Shown here piece after piece: positions 28,855-37,966 of a stretch of DNA of 48,153 bases. Under the pieces are notes generated by a model. The model was not told where the DNA came from. It searched no databases and worked only from the letters and a program-made list of their open reading frames with translations. The stretch covers positions 10,304 to 58,456 of the forward strand of contig JBIQLF010000007.1 in NCBI GenBank assembly GCA_044464585.1. Direction: 5' to 3'. The position numbers and the translations under genes are program-made. Position 1 is the stretch's first letter, and every line of letters begins with the position of its first letter. The DNA is from Thermomicrobia bacterium (GTDB taxonomy: Bacteria; Chloroflexota; Chloroflexia; Thermomicrobiales; UBA6265).

Positions 28855-30175
28855 TCTGGCCCAGCGCGATGCTCGCTTCGTCGCCGACGCGCTCAAGATT
28901 CGCTACACGCCATTCGTGGCGGCTGCCGGCGACGGCGCGTATCTGATCGACGATGCCGGCAAACGCTACATCGACTTCGGCGCCGGTTGGGCCGCGGCCG
29001 GGTTGGGCTATTCGAACGAGCATGTGAAACGTTCGGTGGCCGCGCAGCTCGACCGCACGACCATGGCCGGAATCCTGTCCAGCATCAACGAACCAGCAGT
29101 CGAGCTGGCCGAGCGTCTGGCCAGTCTCGTTGGCGGAGCGACCGACAAGAAGGTGTGGTTCGGATTATCGGGTTCGGACAGCGCCGAAGCCGCCCAGCGC
29201 ATGATCCTGCGGGCGACCGGCAAACCGCGCATCGTCTCGTTCGTGGGCGGCTGGCATGGCACGACCGATGCAACCATGTCGCTCAGCGGCCACCCCTCCT
29301 TGACCGGAGTGCTCGGTGGGGCACATGTGACCAAGATTCCTTACCCGAATCCATATCGTGATCCGTTCGGCGGCGATGGGACGAATCTGACCGATCGTTG
29401 TCTGGGCTATCTGGAGAACTATCTCTTTCCCACCATCTGTCCACCGGAGCAGGTTGCCGCGATCTTCGTCGAGGCGGTCCAGAGCGATGGCGGCGATATC
29501 GTGCCGCCAGACGATTTCATGCCGAAGCTGCGCGCGCTTTGCGACCGGCACGGGATCTTTCTGGTCGTGGATGAGATCAAGGTCGGGATGGGTCGCACCG
29601 GCAAGTGGTTCGCCTATCAACATGGCGGAATCGACCCCGATTTCGTGTTGCTGGGCAAATCGCTCGGCGGCGGTTTGCCACTGAGCGCGGTGGTGGGAAG
29701 CGCCGACGTGCTCGATTTTCGAGCAGGCAGCGCGCTTTTCACCATGGGAGGCAATGCGACCAGTTGCGCCGCCGGGCTGGCGGTGATCGATGAGATCGAC
29801 CGAATGGGGCTCGTCGAACAGTCGGCCAGAAACGGGGCGTTGCTCGAACGATTGCTGACCGACCGGCTCATGGAATACGACATCGTTGGCGATGTGCGCG
29901 GCAAGGGCATGATCGCCGGGGTCGAGCTCGTGACCGACCGGGAGAGCACGAATCCCAATACGACATTGCCCGCCAAGATCGTCTATCGTGCCTGGGAATT
30001 GGGCATGATCGTCTATTACGCCGGCAACTGGGGGAACGTACTCGAAATCACGCCACCGCTCGTCATCGAGCCGGAGGCGATCGAACAGGGAGTCGAGCTG
30101 CTCGACCGGGCGATCGCCGATGTGCTCGATGGCGCGGTGCCGGACGAAACCGTGGCCCAGTATGCTGGCTGGTAA
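28844..30175 (+). CDS. Class III PLP aminotransferase (GABA/diamine/omega-amine type)
   Basis: GKRYIDF, SGSDS, WHGTT, DEIKVGMGRTG, GKSLGGGLPLS. Confidence 0.93.
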   Translation: MTSDLAQRDARFVADALKIRYTPFVAAAGDGAYLIDDAGKRYIDFGAGWAAAGLGYSNEHVKRSVAAQLDRTTMAGILSSINEPAVELAERLASLVGGATDKKVWFGLSGSDSAEAAQRMILRATGKPRIVSFVGGWHGTTDATMSLSGHPSLTGVLGGAHVTKIPYPNPYRDPFGGDGTNLTDRCLGYLENYLFPTICPPEQVAAIFVEAVQSDGGDIVPPDDFMPKLRALCDRHGIFLVVDEIKVGMGRTGKWFAYQHGGIDPDFVLLGKSLGGGLPLSAVVGSADVLDFRAGSALFTMGGNATSCAAGLAVIDEIDRMGLVEQSARNGALLERLLTDRLMEYDIVGDVRGKGMIAGVELVTDRESTNPNTTLPAKIVYRAWELGMIVYYAGNWGNVLEITPPLVIEPEAIEQGVELLDRAIADVLDGAVPDETVAQYAGW

Positions 30176-30191
30176 GTAAAGGAATCGATTG

Positions 30192-31376
30192 GTGAGTGAA
30201 CCTGTGACGCTCTGGCTGGAATCCCAGCTCGGCCAATACATCGAAGATTTGCGGTATCTCTCGGGTATCGACTCGGGCAGCTACGACAAGGCTGGCATCG
30301 ACCGGGTGCAAGACTGGTTCCAGCAGCAATTCGACGATTTGGGCTTCGAGGTGCGCCGCCTGCGTCAGGAAACATGCGGTGATGATCTGCTGGCGGTCCG
30401 CACAGGAACCGGAACGCGCAAGGTCATGCTGCTGGGACATGCCGACACGGTGTTTCCCCTCGGTACCGCGGCGGAACGCCCGGTGACGATCGACGGCGAC
30501 ACGCTGCTCGGTCCCGGTACCTGCGATATGAAAGCCGGGTTGTTGACCGGACTCTATGCGATTCGCGCGCTCGACCGATTGGGCTGGAACGGACTCGGGG
30601 AGTTGAGCTTCTTCATCGTTTCGGCCGAAGAGATCGACGACCGGCATTCGAATCCCCTGCTGGAAGAACTCGGTCCGCGTATGGATGCGGTATTGACCCT
30701 GGAGGCCGCGCGGGAAAACGGCGATATCGTCACGTCCCGTAAGGCCAGCAAATGGCTGACCATCGAGGTCTTTGGCAAGGCGGCGCATGCCGGGGTCGAA
30801 CCCGAAAAAGGCGCGAGTGCGACATTGGCGCTGGCGCACATCATCACGAACATCTTTGCGCTGAATGCGATGAAACCGGGGATCACGGTCAATCCGGGCG
30901 AGATTTCCGGTGGCGGTCGCCCGAATGTGGTGGCCGACTACGCCAGGGCCGAACTCGATGTCCGCGCCCGCTCGAATGCCGATCTGGACGAGATCATCGC
31001 CGCGATCGATCGGGTCGCCAGGCAGGACTATGTGCCTGGGACACGTGTGGACATCACCATCATTCCCGATTCCGGGTGTCCGGCAATGGAATACACAGAA
31101 GGAACGAAACGATTGGAGGCCGCTTCGATCGAGATCGCTGGAGAGCTCGGTTTTTCGCTGAAGGGCGCTTCGACGGGTGGTGGCTCGGACGTGAGTTTCG
31201 CGTGCTACGCCGGTACCCCCGGACTGGACGGTCTCGGTCCGATCGGCGGACTCGATCACAGTCCGGACGAGTACATTCTGGTCAGCAGCATCGTGCCACG
31301 AACGGCTTTGCTGGCCAAGCTCTTGCAGCGGATCGGAGAGGGAGAGGAATTCGACTATGCCGGACGCGCCAGCTGA
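30192..31376 (+). CDS. M20 family metallopeptidase (glutamate carboxypeptidase G2-like)
   Basis: GHADTVF, GPGTCDMKAG, EE, GKAAHAG, GGGSD, GLGPIGG.DHS.DEY. Confidence 0.92.
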   Translation: MSEPVTLWLESQLGQYIEDLRYLSGIDSGSYDKAGIDRVQDWFQQQFDDLGFEVRRLRQETCGDDLLAVRTGTGTRKVMLLGHADTVFPLGTAAERPVTIDGDTLLGPGTCDMKAGLLTGLYAIRALDRLGWNGLGELSFFIVSAEEIDDRHSNPLLEELGPRMDAVLTLEAARENGDIVTSRKASKWLTIEVFGKAAHAGVEPEKGASATLALAHIITNIFALNAMKPGITVNPGEISGGGRPNVVADYARAELDVRARSNADLDEIIAAIDRVARQDYVPGTRVDITIIPDSGCPAMEYTEGTKRLEAASIEIAGELGFSLKGASTGGGSDVSFACYAGTPGLDGLGPIGGLDHSPDEYILVSSIVPRTALLAKLLQRIGEGEEFDYAGRAS

Positions 31377-32712
31377 CGCTTCGGAGCTCCTGCTCCGCCT
31401 CCGCGATGACGGGATCGAGAACTTCTGGATCGCCTATTACGACTACAGCGGGATCGGCGCCGCCAAGACGCTCCCACCCGGGAGCTTCGAGAGTGCGGTT
31501 CGCGATGGCGTCGTGTTTGCGACCGCCAATCTCGATATGGATATTCTCGACCACCAACCGGAATCGGCCACGTGGCGAGCCGACTCCGGGGATGTCCTGC
31601 TGGTTCCAGATCCACGCAGCTATGCGGTGCTTCCGAGATTCCCGAATACCGCAATCGCCAATGGCTGGATGCGCTCGACCGATGGTTCCATTTGGGAGGG
31701 CTGCCCGCGCACCCGCTTGCAGACGATGGTCGATGCCCTGGCGGATGAGGGCTATTCCATCATGGCCGCCCTCGAACCCGAGTTCTACCTGCTCCGCCCT
31801 GGTGAGAGCGGCGGTGTGGAACCGATCAACCGGACACGCATGTTCACCGTCGATGGTCTGGCCGAAGCGCAGCAGTTCTGTTCGGATGTCGTGGCGGAGC
31901 TGGAGACGATGGGCGTGCCGGTCGGTCAGCTCGGCAAGGAATACGGCCCCGGCCAGTACGAAATGTCGGTCAAGCATGGAACGCCGATCGAGGCCATCGA
32001 CCGCTATCTTGCGCTCAAGGGGGCCGTGCGCGATCTGGCCAGACGCAACGGTTGGATTGCAAGCTTCATGCCCAAGATCTTTTCCAGTTGGGCCGGAAAC
32101 AGCCTGCATGTGCACCTGAGTGTTTGGGATTTGCCAGGCACGACCCATCTGACCCCCGATGCCAGCGCCAATGAAGGGCTTTCCGAACTGGGGCGCTGGT
32201 TCCTGGGCGGTCTGCTGGCGCATGCTCCGGCGCTGACCGGTCTCGGTTCACCGACGGTCAATAGCTACAAGCGGTTGTTGCCCGGTTCCTGGGCGCCGGC
32301 CAATATCTATTGGGGGTATGGCAACCGATCGGGGGTCGCCCGGGTTCCGGGGGTGGGCGACCGGCGGCACATCGAATATCGCTCCGGCGACAATTCGTGC
32401 AACCCAACGCTCTTCCTCACGGGCCTGCTCGCGGCCGGACTCGACGGGATTCGCAATCGGATCGATCCGGGCGAGCCATTTCAGGGCGACGTTGGCATCA
32501 TGTCCACCGAGGAAATGCTCGATGCGGGGCTGACCTTCCTGCCCCGCACGTTGCCGGAGGCGCTGGCTGCCCTCGAAGCCGATGAGGTGGTGGCGAGCGC
32601 AGTCGGCGAAACGATCCTGCCCCATTTTCTTTCAGTCAAGCGGAGTGAGCTGGCGGCGTACGAGCTCGAAGTTCACCCCTGGGAACGCGCAACATATCTG
32701 GAGGTCATCTAG
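31357..32712 (+). CDS. Glutamine synthetase-like gamma-glutamyl ligase (GlnA3/PuuA-like)
   Basis: EPEFY, EYGPGQYE, FMPK, GNSLHVH, NSYKRL, NRS..ARVP, IEYR. N-terminus diverges from true GSI (no FDGSS). Confidence 0.9.
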   Translation: MPDAPADASELLLRLRDDGIENFWIAYYDYSGIGAAKTLPPGSFESAVRDGVVFATANLDMDILDHQPESATWRADSGDVLLVPDPRSYAVLPRFPNTAIANGWMRSTDGSIWEGCPRTRLQTMVDALADEGYSIMAALEPEFYLLRPGESGGVEPINRTRMFTVDGLAEAQQFCSDVVAELETMGVPVGQLGKEYGPGQYEMSVKHGTPIEAIDRYLALKGAVRDLARRNGWIASFMPKIFSSWAGNSLHVHLSVWDLPGTTHLTPDASANEGLSELGRWFLGGLLAHAPALTGLGSPTVNSYKRLLPGSWAPANIYWGYGNRSGVARVPGVGDRRHIEYRSGDNSCNPTLFLTGLLAAGLDGIRNRIDPGEPFQGDVGIMSTEEMLDAGLTFLPRTLPEALAALEADEVVASAVGETILPHFLSVKRSELAAYELEVHPWERATYLEVI

Positions 32713-32715
32713 AAC

Positions 32716-33894
32716 ATGGTCGATGTCAGCGGATTGCCGGTGCTGGATGTTCACGCGCACCCGTTCCTGAACAAGGGCGCGGTCTCGGCCGAGCAGTTCA
32801 CCAACTACACCGCGTTCGGGGGCGGTTCGCGTGCGTACATGGAGCAGGGGGGTATCGAATTCACCCCGGCTGTATCCGATGAGCTTCAACGAATCAAACG
32901 CTCGACCCTCTATTTCACCCGTATGGTCAATGATCTGGCGGAGTTTTTGGGCACCTCGGCTGATATCGACTCGGTGCTCAACGAACGGAATGCGCAGGTC
33001 GCGGTCGATTATCGGGATTATGTGCGCCGGCTCTATGCCGATGCCGGACTCGACACCGTGATCTTCGATTTCGGGGTTCCGCTGCCGATGCTGGACATCG
33101 ATGAGGTCAGCGCCGAATTGCCGATCGAGGTGGTCCCGATCTACCGGATCGAACCGCTGATCGCCGATCTGCTGAAACAGGATCTGAGCTGGTCGGAGTT
33201 CAAGGACACCTTCGATACGTCGATTGCCGAGGGATTGAGCTCGGGCCGGTACAAAGGGGTGAAGTCGATCATCGCGTATCGGACCGGCCTCGATGTTTCG
33301 CCGCTTTCCCGAACCCCGGATCAAGGTTTCCAGGCGCTCGATGCGATCAAGCGCGGTCTGGGGGGTGGCAGCATGAAAAAGCTGCGCGACCATTTGCTTT
33401 GCCGAGCGCTCGAGCTCTGCATGGACCACGACGTGCCGATGCAAATCCACACCGGCATGGGCGATTTCGAAGTCAATCTGGTAATGTGCCGGCCCTCGTA
33501 TTTGATGGAGCTGCTGCGCTTTCCAGTCTATCGCTCCTGCCGGACCATTCTCGTCCATACCGGCTATCCGTATCACCGCGAGGCTGCCTATATGGCCAAT
33601 GTGCTGCCCCGGGTTTATCTGGATATCAGCGAGGGGATTCCGTTTGCATCGTCCGCGGCCTGGGAGATCATCGAGGGTGTGGTTGCGATGGCGCCGCTGA
33701 ACAAGATCTGCTACGGCTCGGACGGGTATGAGCTGCCGGAAATCATGTATACCAGCGCCAAACTGGGGAAACAGGCATTGCAGGATGTGATGAACGGGTT
33801 GGTGGCCAAGCGAATGCTGGGCGAGGCCGATGCGCAGAGAGCCGCGGCCGGGATCCTTTCGGACAACGCTCGGGAGCTCTACCAACTTGACTGA
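32716..33894 (+). CDS. Amidohydrolase_2 family protein (FluG N-terminal domain-like)
   Basis: DVHAHP, KSIIAYRTGL, QIHTGMGD, LVH.GYPY, VYLDIS, YGSDG. Confidence 0.9.
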   Translation: MVDVSGLPVLDVHAHPFLNKGAVSAEQFTNYTAFGGGSRAYMEQGGIEFTPAVSDELQRIKRSTLYFTRMVNDLAEFLGTSADIDSVLNERNAQVAVDYRDYVRRLYADAGLDTVIFDFGVPLPMLDIDEVSAELPIEVVPIYRIEPLIADLLKQDLSWSEFKDTFDTSIAEGLSSGRYKGVKSIIAYRTGLDVSPLSRTPDQGFQALDAIKRGLGGGSMKKLRDHLLCRALELCMDHDVPMQIHTGMGDFEVNLVMCRPSYLMELLRFPVYRSCRTILVHTGYPYHREAAYMANVLPRVYLDISEGIPFASSAAWEIIEGVVAMAPLNKICYGSDGYELPEIMYTSAKLGKQALQDVMNGLVAKRMLGEADAQRAAAGILSDNARELYQLD

Positions 33895-34324
33895 TACGTT
33901 GTTGCTCGAAGGTTTGCGGTTTTTCGGATACCACGGGGTATATCCCGAGGAGACCGCGCTCGGCCAACGTTTCACGGTCGATATAACGATGGAGCTCGAT
34001 CTGCGCTCTGCCGCCGCTCGCGATGACCTCCAAGCGACCGTCGATTATTTTGCTGTTTACGAGGTCGTGCGAGTGATCGTCGAAGGCGAACCCCGCAAAC
34101 TGGTCGAAACCGTCGTCGATGAATGCGCGCGCGCCATCCTGAACGACTTTCCCATGATCGATGCGGTCGAAGTCACCATGCGCAAACCGGGCGCGCCGAT
34201 CAAGACCGCGGCCATCGATGCCGTGGGCGCGAAGGTGCGGCGCGTGCGCGCGCAGGTCGATGGGCCGAGTCAGCCGGTTTCGGTCGCAAAACCACCTCAC
34301 CTCGGTCCCATGCATCGAGGCTGA
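33887..34324 (+). CDS. folB: Dihydroneopterin aldolase
   Basis: FFGYHGVYPEE..LGQRF.VD, DDL..TVDY, KLVE, RKP.AP. TTG start overlaps the upstream stop. Confidence 0.93.
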   Translation: MTDTLLLEGLRFFGYHGVYPEETALGQRFTVDITMELDLRSAAARDDLQATVDYFAVYEVVRVIVEGEPRKLVETVVDECARAILNDFPMIDAVEVTMRKPGAPIKTAAIDAVGAKVRRVRAQVDGPSQPVSVAKPPHLGPMHRG

Positions 34325-34355
34325 ATCCGTTCAGGAATGTCAGCAAGAACACACC

Positions 34356-34381
34356 CAGGCTGTGCCGCGAGGTACAGCCTG
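34356..34381 (+). terminator. Stem-loop ending the ABC/catabolic operon
   Basis: CAGGCTGTGCC-GCGA-GGTACAGCCTG (GNRA loop) with only a weak U-tract. Confidence 0.6.
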
Positions 34382-34474
34382 CGGTCGTTTCCCTCCCTAA
34401 TGTGAAAGGCGTCGATCGAGACACCGGTGAGCGCGCATCGCGCCCGAAGCGCTCTCAGATAGGAGGGAATCTCA

Positions 34475-35533
34475 ATGAAACGACGGTCATTGCTCAAAGG
34501 TGCGGCAGCGAGCGCCGCGGCACGCTCGCTCGGACCCCGATGGACGGGTTCGACATCCGCACAAACCCCGCTCTATGACGTCGTGGATGTGTATACCTTC
34601 ACGGCAGACCCGAGCGGAAACCTCGGGGGATTTTCTGGACTGAGCGATTCCGGCATCATCGCTGGATATGACTACGTCGACGACCTGCCCGTACCCGCGA
34701 TTTGGGACGCGGACGGCAATCGCATCGTGTTGGATACCCTGGGAGTTCCGTATACCGAATGCTCCTGGGTCCACATCAATGGTGCGGGGGTGATGTCCGC
34801 GGTCTTGATCGACGGCAGCGTTTCCGCTCGTCCCTTCGAGACGATCGTTTGGGAGGACCCGCGCAAGGATGGCGTGGTTTTCGGCAGTCACGCATTCGTG
34901 GAGTGTATTTCTCCACGTGGAAATATGAGTGGCCAGGTCAAGCATGTTCCCGCGCGCTGGATCGATGGTGAGCAGACGTTTCTCGATATTCCGGACGGCC
35001 AGCATTCTGGAATCGTCAGCAATATCAACGATGCTGGAGACTCCATCGTTCTGTTCGAGAACGAGGCGGATGTCGTGTCTCATCCACCAGTCGTCTGGTT
35101 GGCGGACGGAGCAGTACAGCAACTCGAATGGCCGGACGAGGTGGCCGAATTCGGCAATGTGGAATCGTTCGGACCATCGGTTCCAGCGATCTTCGACAAT
35201 GGCGATTTCGTGCTCGATCTGCGCGTCGAGGGAACCGGTGCTTCGGGGCGATATGCCTGGATCTATCGTGCCGGAATACCGGAATTGCTCCCCGGGACAT
35301 CTCAAGCCTCTGTGACGACGGTCAGGGGAGCGATCGACGACCGGTTCATGGTCGGTGGACCTGATATTTGGATCGGCGGAACCGTCTATCCCTTCAAGAC
35401 ACTGCTGTCCGATTCGGCTGGTTTTTCCACGGTCCTCGCGGCCGCGGTCAATACCGAGCGCGAAATCGCCGGTATAGGACTCCATGAGGAGAGCGGAGCC
35501 TATCATGGTCTGCTCTTCCGGCCGATGAGTTGA
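34475..35533 (+). CDS. Tat-exported protein with degenerate HAF-like beta repeats
   Basis: MKRRSLLKG signal, AGGAGG RBS, repeated (I/V)N..G and 'W..G' units. Confidence 0.8.
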   Translation: MKRRSLLKGAAASAAARSLGPRWTGSTSAQTPLYDVVDVYTFTADPSGNLGGFSGLSDSGIIAGYDYVDDLPVPAIWDADGNRIVLDTLGVPYTECSWVHINGAGVMSAVLIDGSVSARPFETIVWEDPRKDGVVFGSHAFVECISPRGNMSGQVKHVPARWIDGEQTFLDIPDGQHSGIVSNINDAGDSIVLFENEADVVSHPPVVWLADGAVQQLEWPDEVAEFGNVESFGPSVPAIFDNGDFVLDLRVEGTGASGRYAWIYRAGIPELLPGTSQASVTTVRGAIDDRFMVGGPDIWIGGTVYPFKTLLSDSAGFSTVLAAAVNTEREIAGIGLHEESGAYHGLLFRPMS

Positions 35534-35772
35534 CGGCTATCGGGCTGCCGTGGGCTGGACTTGCCGGAATTGGAACCCTGATCCCGCAAGCCACGCACTG
35601 AGTCGATGGTGCTACTGACCGCGTGGAACAGCGGGGCGCATCGCTTCTTGGGTGGTCGTAGCCTTCAACCACGACCGCGGGCCATTGAACGCTGCACCAA
35701 ATCGATACGTCGAAAGCGCCGGCATGGCGATCGCATGCAGGGCGGCTGGAACGAAACAAGGAGAGATTCCCG

Positions 35773-36897
35773 ATGAACCGACGGATGTTGTTCAAGGGCG
35801 CCGCGGCAGTCAGTTCTGGATTGCTGCTCGCCGATCGAGTCAGGTCCAATGGGGCGCTGGCGCAGGCGCCTTCGTACACCGCGAAGGTGATCTACGAATT
35901 CACCGAGTTCGCGGGCGAGCGTTACAAGGTCCAGGCGGATGGAGGGTTTCAGGCAGTGTCGCCCGATGGAGTGATCGCCGGGTGGGACTGGGTCGACGGG
36001 ATGCTCGCTCCGGTGACCTGGGATTTGTCCGGCACGCGCACCGCACTGGATATCGGGGATATTCGATTCGCTCGTTGCTGGCCGCTCGTCGCCGGAGCGA
36101 ATGGATATCTCGCCGGTAATCTGGCCGAAACCGAGGCGCAAGACGCACCGTCCATTGGCGTTCTCTGGTCCAATGGTCGTCCGACCCGTTTGGACGCTGG
36201 CGGCGGGATCAGTGTCAGCGCGAAAGCTGTCAACGGGAACGGCGTCGTCGGCGGCCATGTCGACGGAGTTGCAACACGATGGGTCGATGGCACGCCGGAG
36301 CAATTCCCAGTCCCGGACGGAGCCGAGGGCGCACTCGTTCTTGCGCTTGCGGAAAATGGCGACGGATATGGGTGTGCTTACGATGCGGAAGGGTATGCAG
36401 GGTCGCTTTTCCATTGGGAGGCAGAGGGGTCCGTCGAGCAAATCGCGTTACCCGCAGAGGTGACCGCGAACGGTCTGGAAAAACTCTATCCGCCGGTCTT
36501 CGCTGGATTGTTTGGGGACGGCGGCGCCGTGCTTTCGCTGTCCTGGATCGATGCGACGGGTTTCGCTTCCGGTTCCTGGATCTATGGGCAAGGCGAACCG
36601 CAAGCCGTCGCATCCAGTGCAGAAGACACCTATGCCAACGTGGGGATCGCACTGAGCACGGCCGAAATGTTCGGGTCGATGGATCAGGCGTCCGGCGAGC
36701 CAACTGGCTTCACCGGACCCGCCCGTTGGATCGATGGTGTGCCGTATTCTCTACAAGACGGCACGGCGCTTCCAGCGGATGTGACGTATTTCAGGGTGCA
36801 AGGTGTGACCACCGATGGAGTGATTGTGGCATCGACCTTCGTCACCAGCAATACGCCATATCCTGCCTACATTCTGGTGTTGGGACCATCAGCGTAG
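35773..36897 (+). CDS. Tat-exported paralogue with degenerate HAF-like beta repeats
   Basis: MNRRMLFKG signal, AKAVNGNGVVGG, collinear with the upstream gene. Confidence 0.82.
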   Translation: MNRRMLFKGAAAVSSGLLLADRVRSNGALAQAPSYTAKVIYEFTEFAGERYKVQADGGFQAVSPDGVIAGWDWVDGMLAPVTWDLSGTRTALDIGDIRFARCWPLVAGANGYLAGNLAETEAQDAPSIGVLWSNGRPTRLDAGGGISVSAKAVNGNGVVGGHVDGVATRWVDGTPEQFPVPDGAEGALVLALAENGDGYGCAYDAEGYAGSLFHWEAEGSVEQIALPAEVTANGLEKLYPPVFAGLFGDGGAVLSLSWIDATGFASGSWIYGQGEPQAVASSAEDTYANVGIALSTAEMFGSMDQASGEPTGFTGPARWIDGVPYSLQDGTALPADVTYFRVQGVTTDGVIVASTFVTSNTPYPAYILVLGPSA

Positions 36898-36971
36898 CAC
36901 GGTCGATTCCGCCCGTGCGGTCGAGTCGGATTCTCGATTGCACGGGCGGACGCAGCGATGCACGGTCGCAA

Positions 36972-37895
36972 TCATCCGATCTTGCGCAGATACTCCTTGC
37001 CCACCTTGGCCACCATGGAATAGGTCGTATCGACCATATTGCCGACATAGCATTTGCCGAGCTGGGTCAGGAGTTGATAGGCATCGATTGGGTCGAATCC
37101 GTAATCGCGCACGATCCAGTCGATGAGATCGGCATAGGCGATGCGGGCGGCGTCCTCCATCGGGCGGGCGCTGCCGACCGACATCAGCTCGGTGGGCGAT
37201 TCGATGCGGGGCCAGGCGATTGCCTGGTGCTTGATCACATCGAAGCGGAAGGTGCCCTTGGCCGCGATCTCCAGCGCCACACCACACAGCTCGCCTTGTC
37301 CTTGCGCCGCGTGCGCGTCACCAACATAGAAGAGCGCGCCCGGATGATGCACCGGAAAATAGAGGGTATTGCCCTCGGTGACATCGGGCACATCCATATT
37401 GCCGCCATGGTCGCCCGGCGAAAGGGAGGAGATCGATTCGATATCCGGGGCCGTTCCCATGGTGCCAAAGAACGGCGCCCAAGGAACTTCCCAGCGGTCG
37501 TTCCAGGCGAAGGTGTTCCGTTCCGTGCGGCGATAGATCCAGACGCGTTCTTGGAGCGGGGGCTGCAAGGTGCGAGTCCAGCGCGTCGAGGTCAGTCCGC
37601 CGAAGTAGGGCACCAGGGCGGAAAATGCCCAATCGCGGGTTGCCTCGATCTTGTCGATATGCACGACAAGCGTATCGCCCGGTTCGGCGCCATCGATAGA
37701 GAAGGGACCGGTCTGGGGATTGATATAGCGCCCCATGACCTCGCTCGGCATCCGATCCTCAGAGGTCACCATATTGCCGGAAGAATCGATCGTGTGAATG
37801 ACGACCGGTTCGCCGGGTTTCACATGCGCGATCGGTTCCGCGTTCGGTCCGAACACATAATGATAGGTATCGTCCGGTTGATGAAACTCGCGCAT
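36972..37895 (-). CDS. Acetamidase/formamidase family protein
   Basis: NPQTGP..I.GAEPGD.L, PFFGTMG.AP, HGGNMD, VGDAHAAQGQGE. Confidence 0.93.
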   Translation of the reverse strand: MREFHQPDDTYHYVFGPNAEPIAHVKPGEPVVIHTIDSSGNMVTSEDRMPSEVMGRYINPQTGPFSIDGAEPGDTLVVHIDKIEATRDWAFSALVPYFGGLTSTRWTRTLQPPLQERVWIYRRTERNTFAWNDRWEVPWAPFFGTMGTAPDIESISSLSPGDHGGNMDVPDVTEGNTLYFPVHHPGALFYVGDAHAAQGQGELCGVALEIAAKGTFRFDVIKHQAIAWPRIESPTELMSVGSARPMEDAARIAYADLIDWIVRDYGFDPIDAYQLLTQLGKCYVGNMVDTTYSMVAKVGKEYLRKIG

Positions 37896-37966
37896 CCGTT
37901 CCTCCGTTATTCAGCAACACAAAGAAGAATCGCAACTCTACCTTGAATCGATTTCGTTCGTATCCC

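Noticed and set aside
31357-32712. Calling the GS-like gene glnA
   Set aside because: It lacks the GSI N-terminal FDGSS region, and its catabolic context fits gamma-glutamyl ligases.
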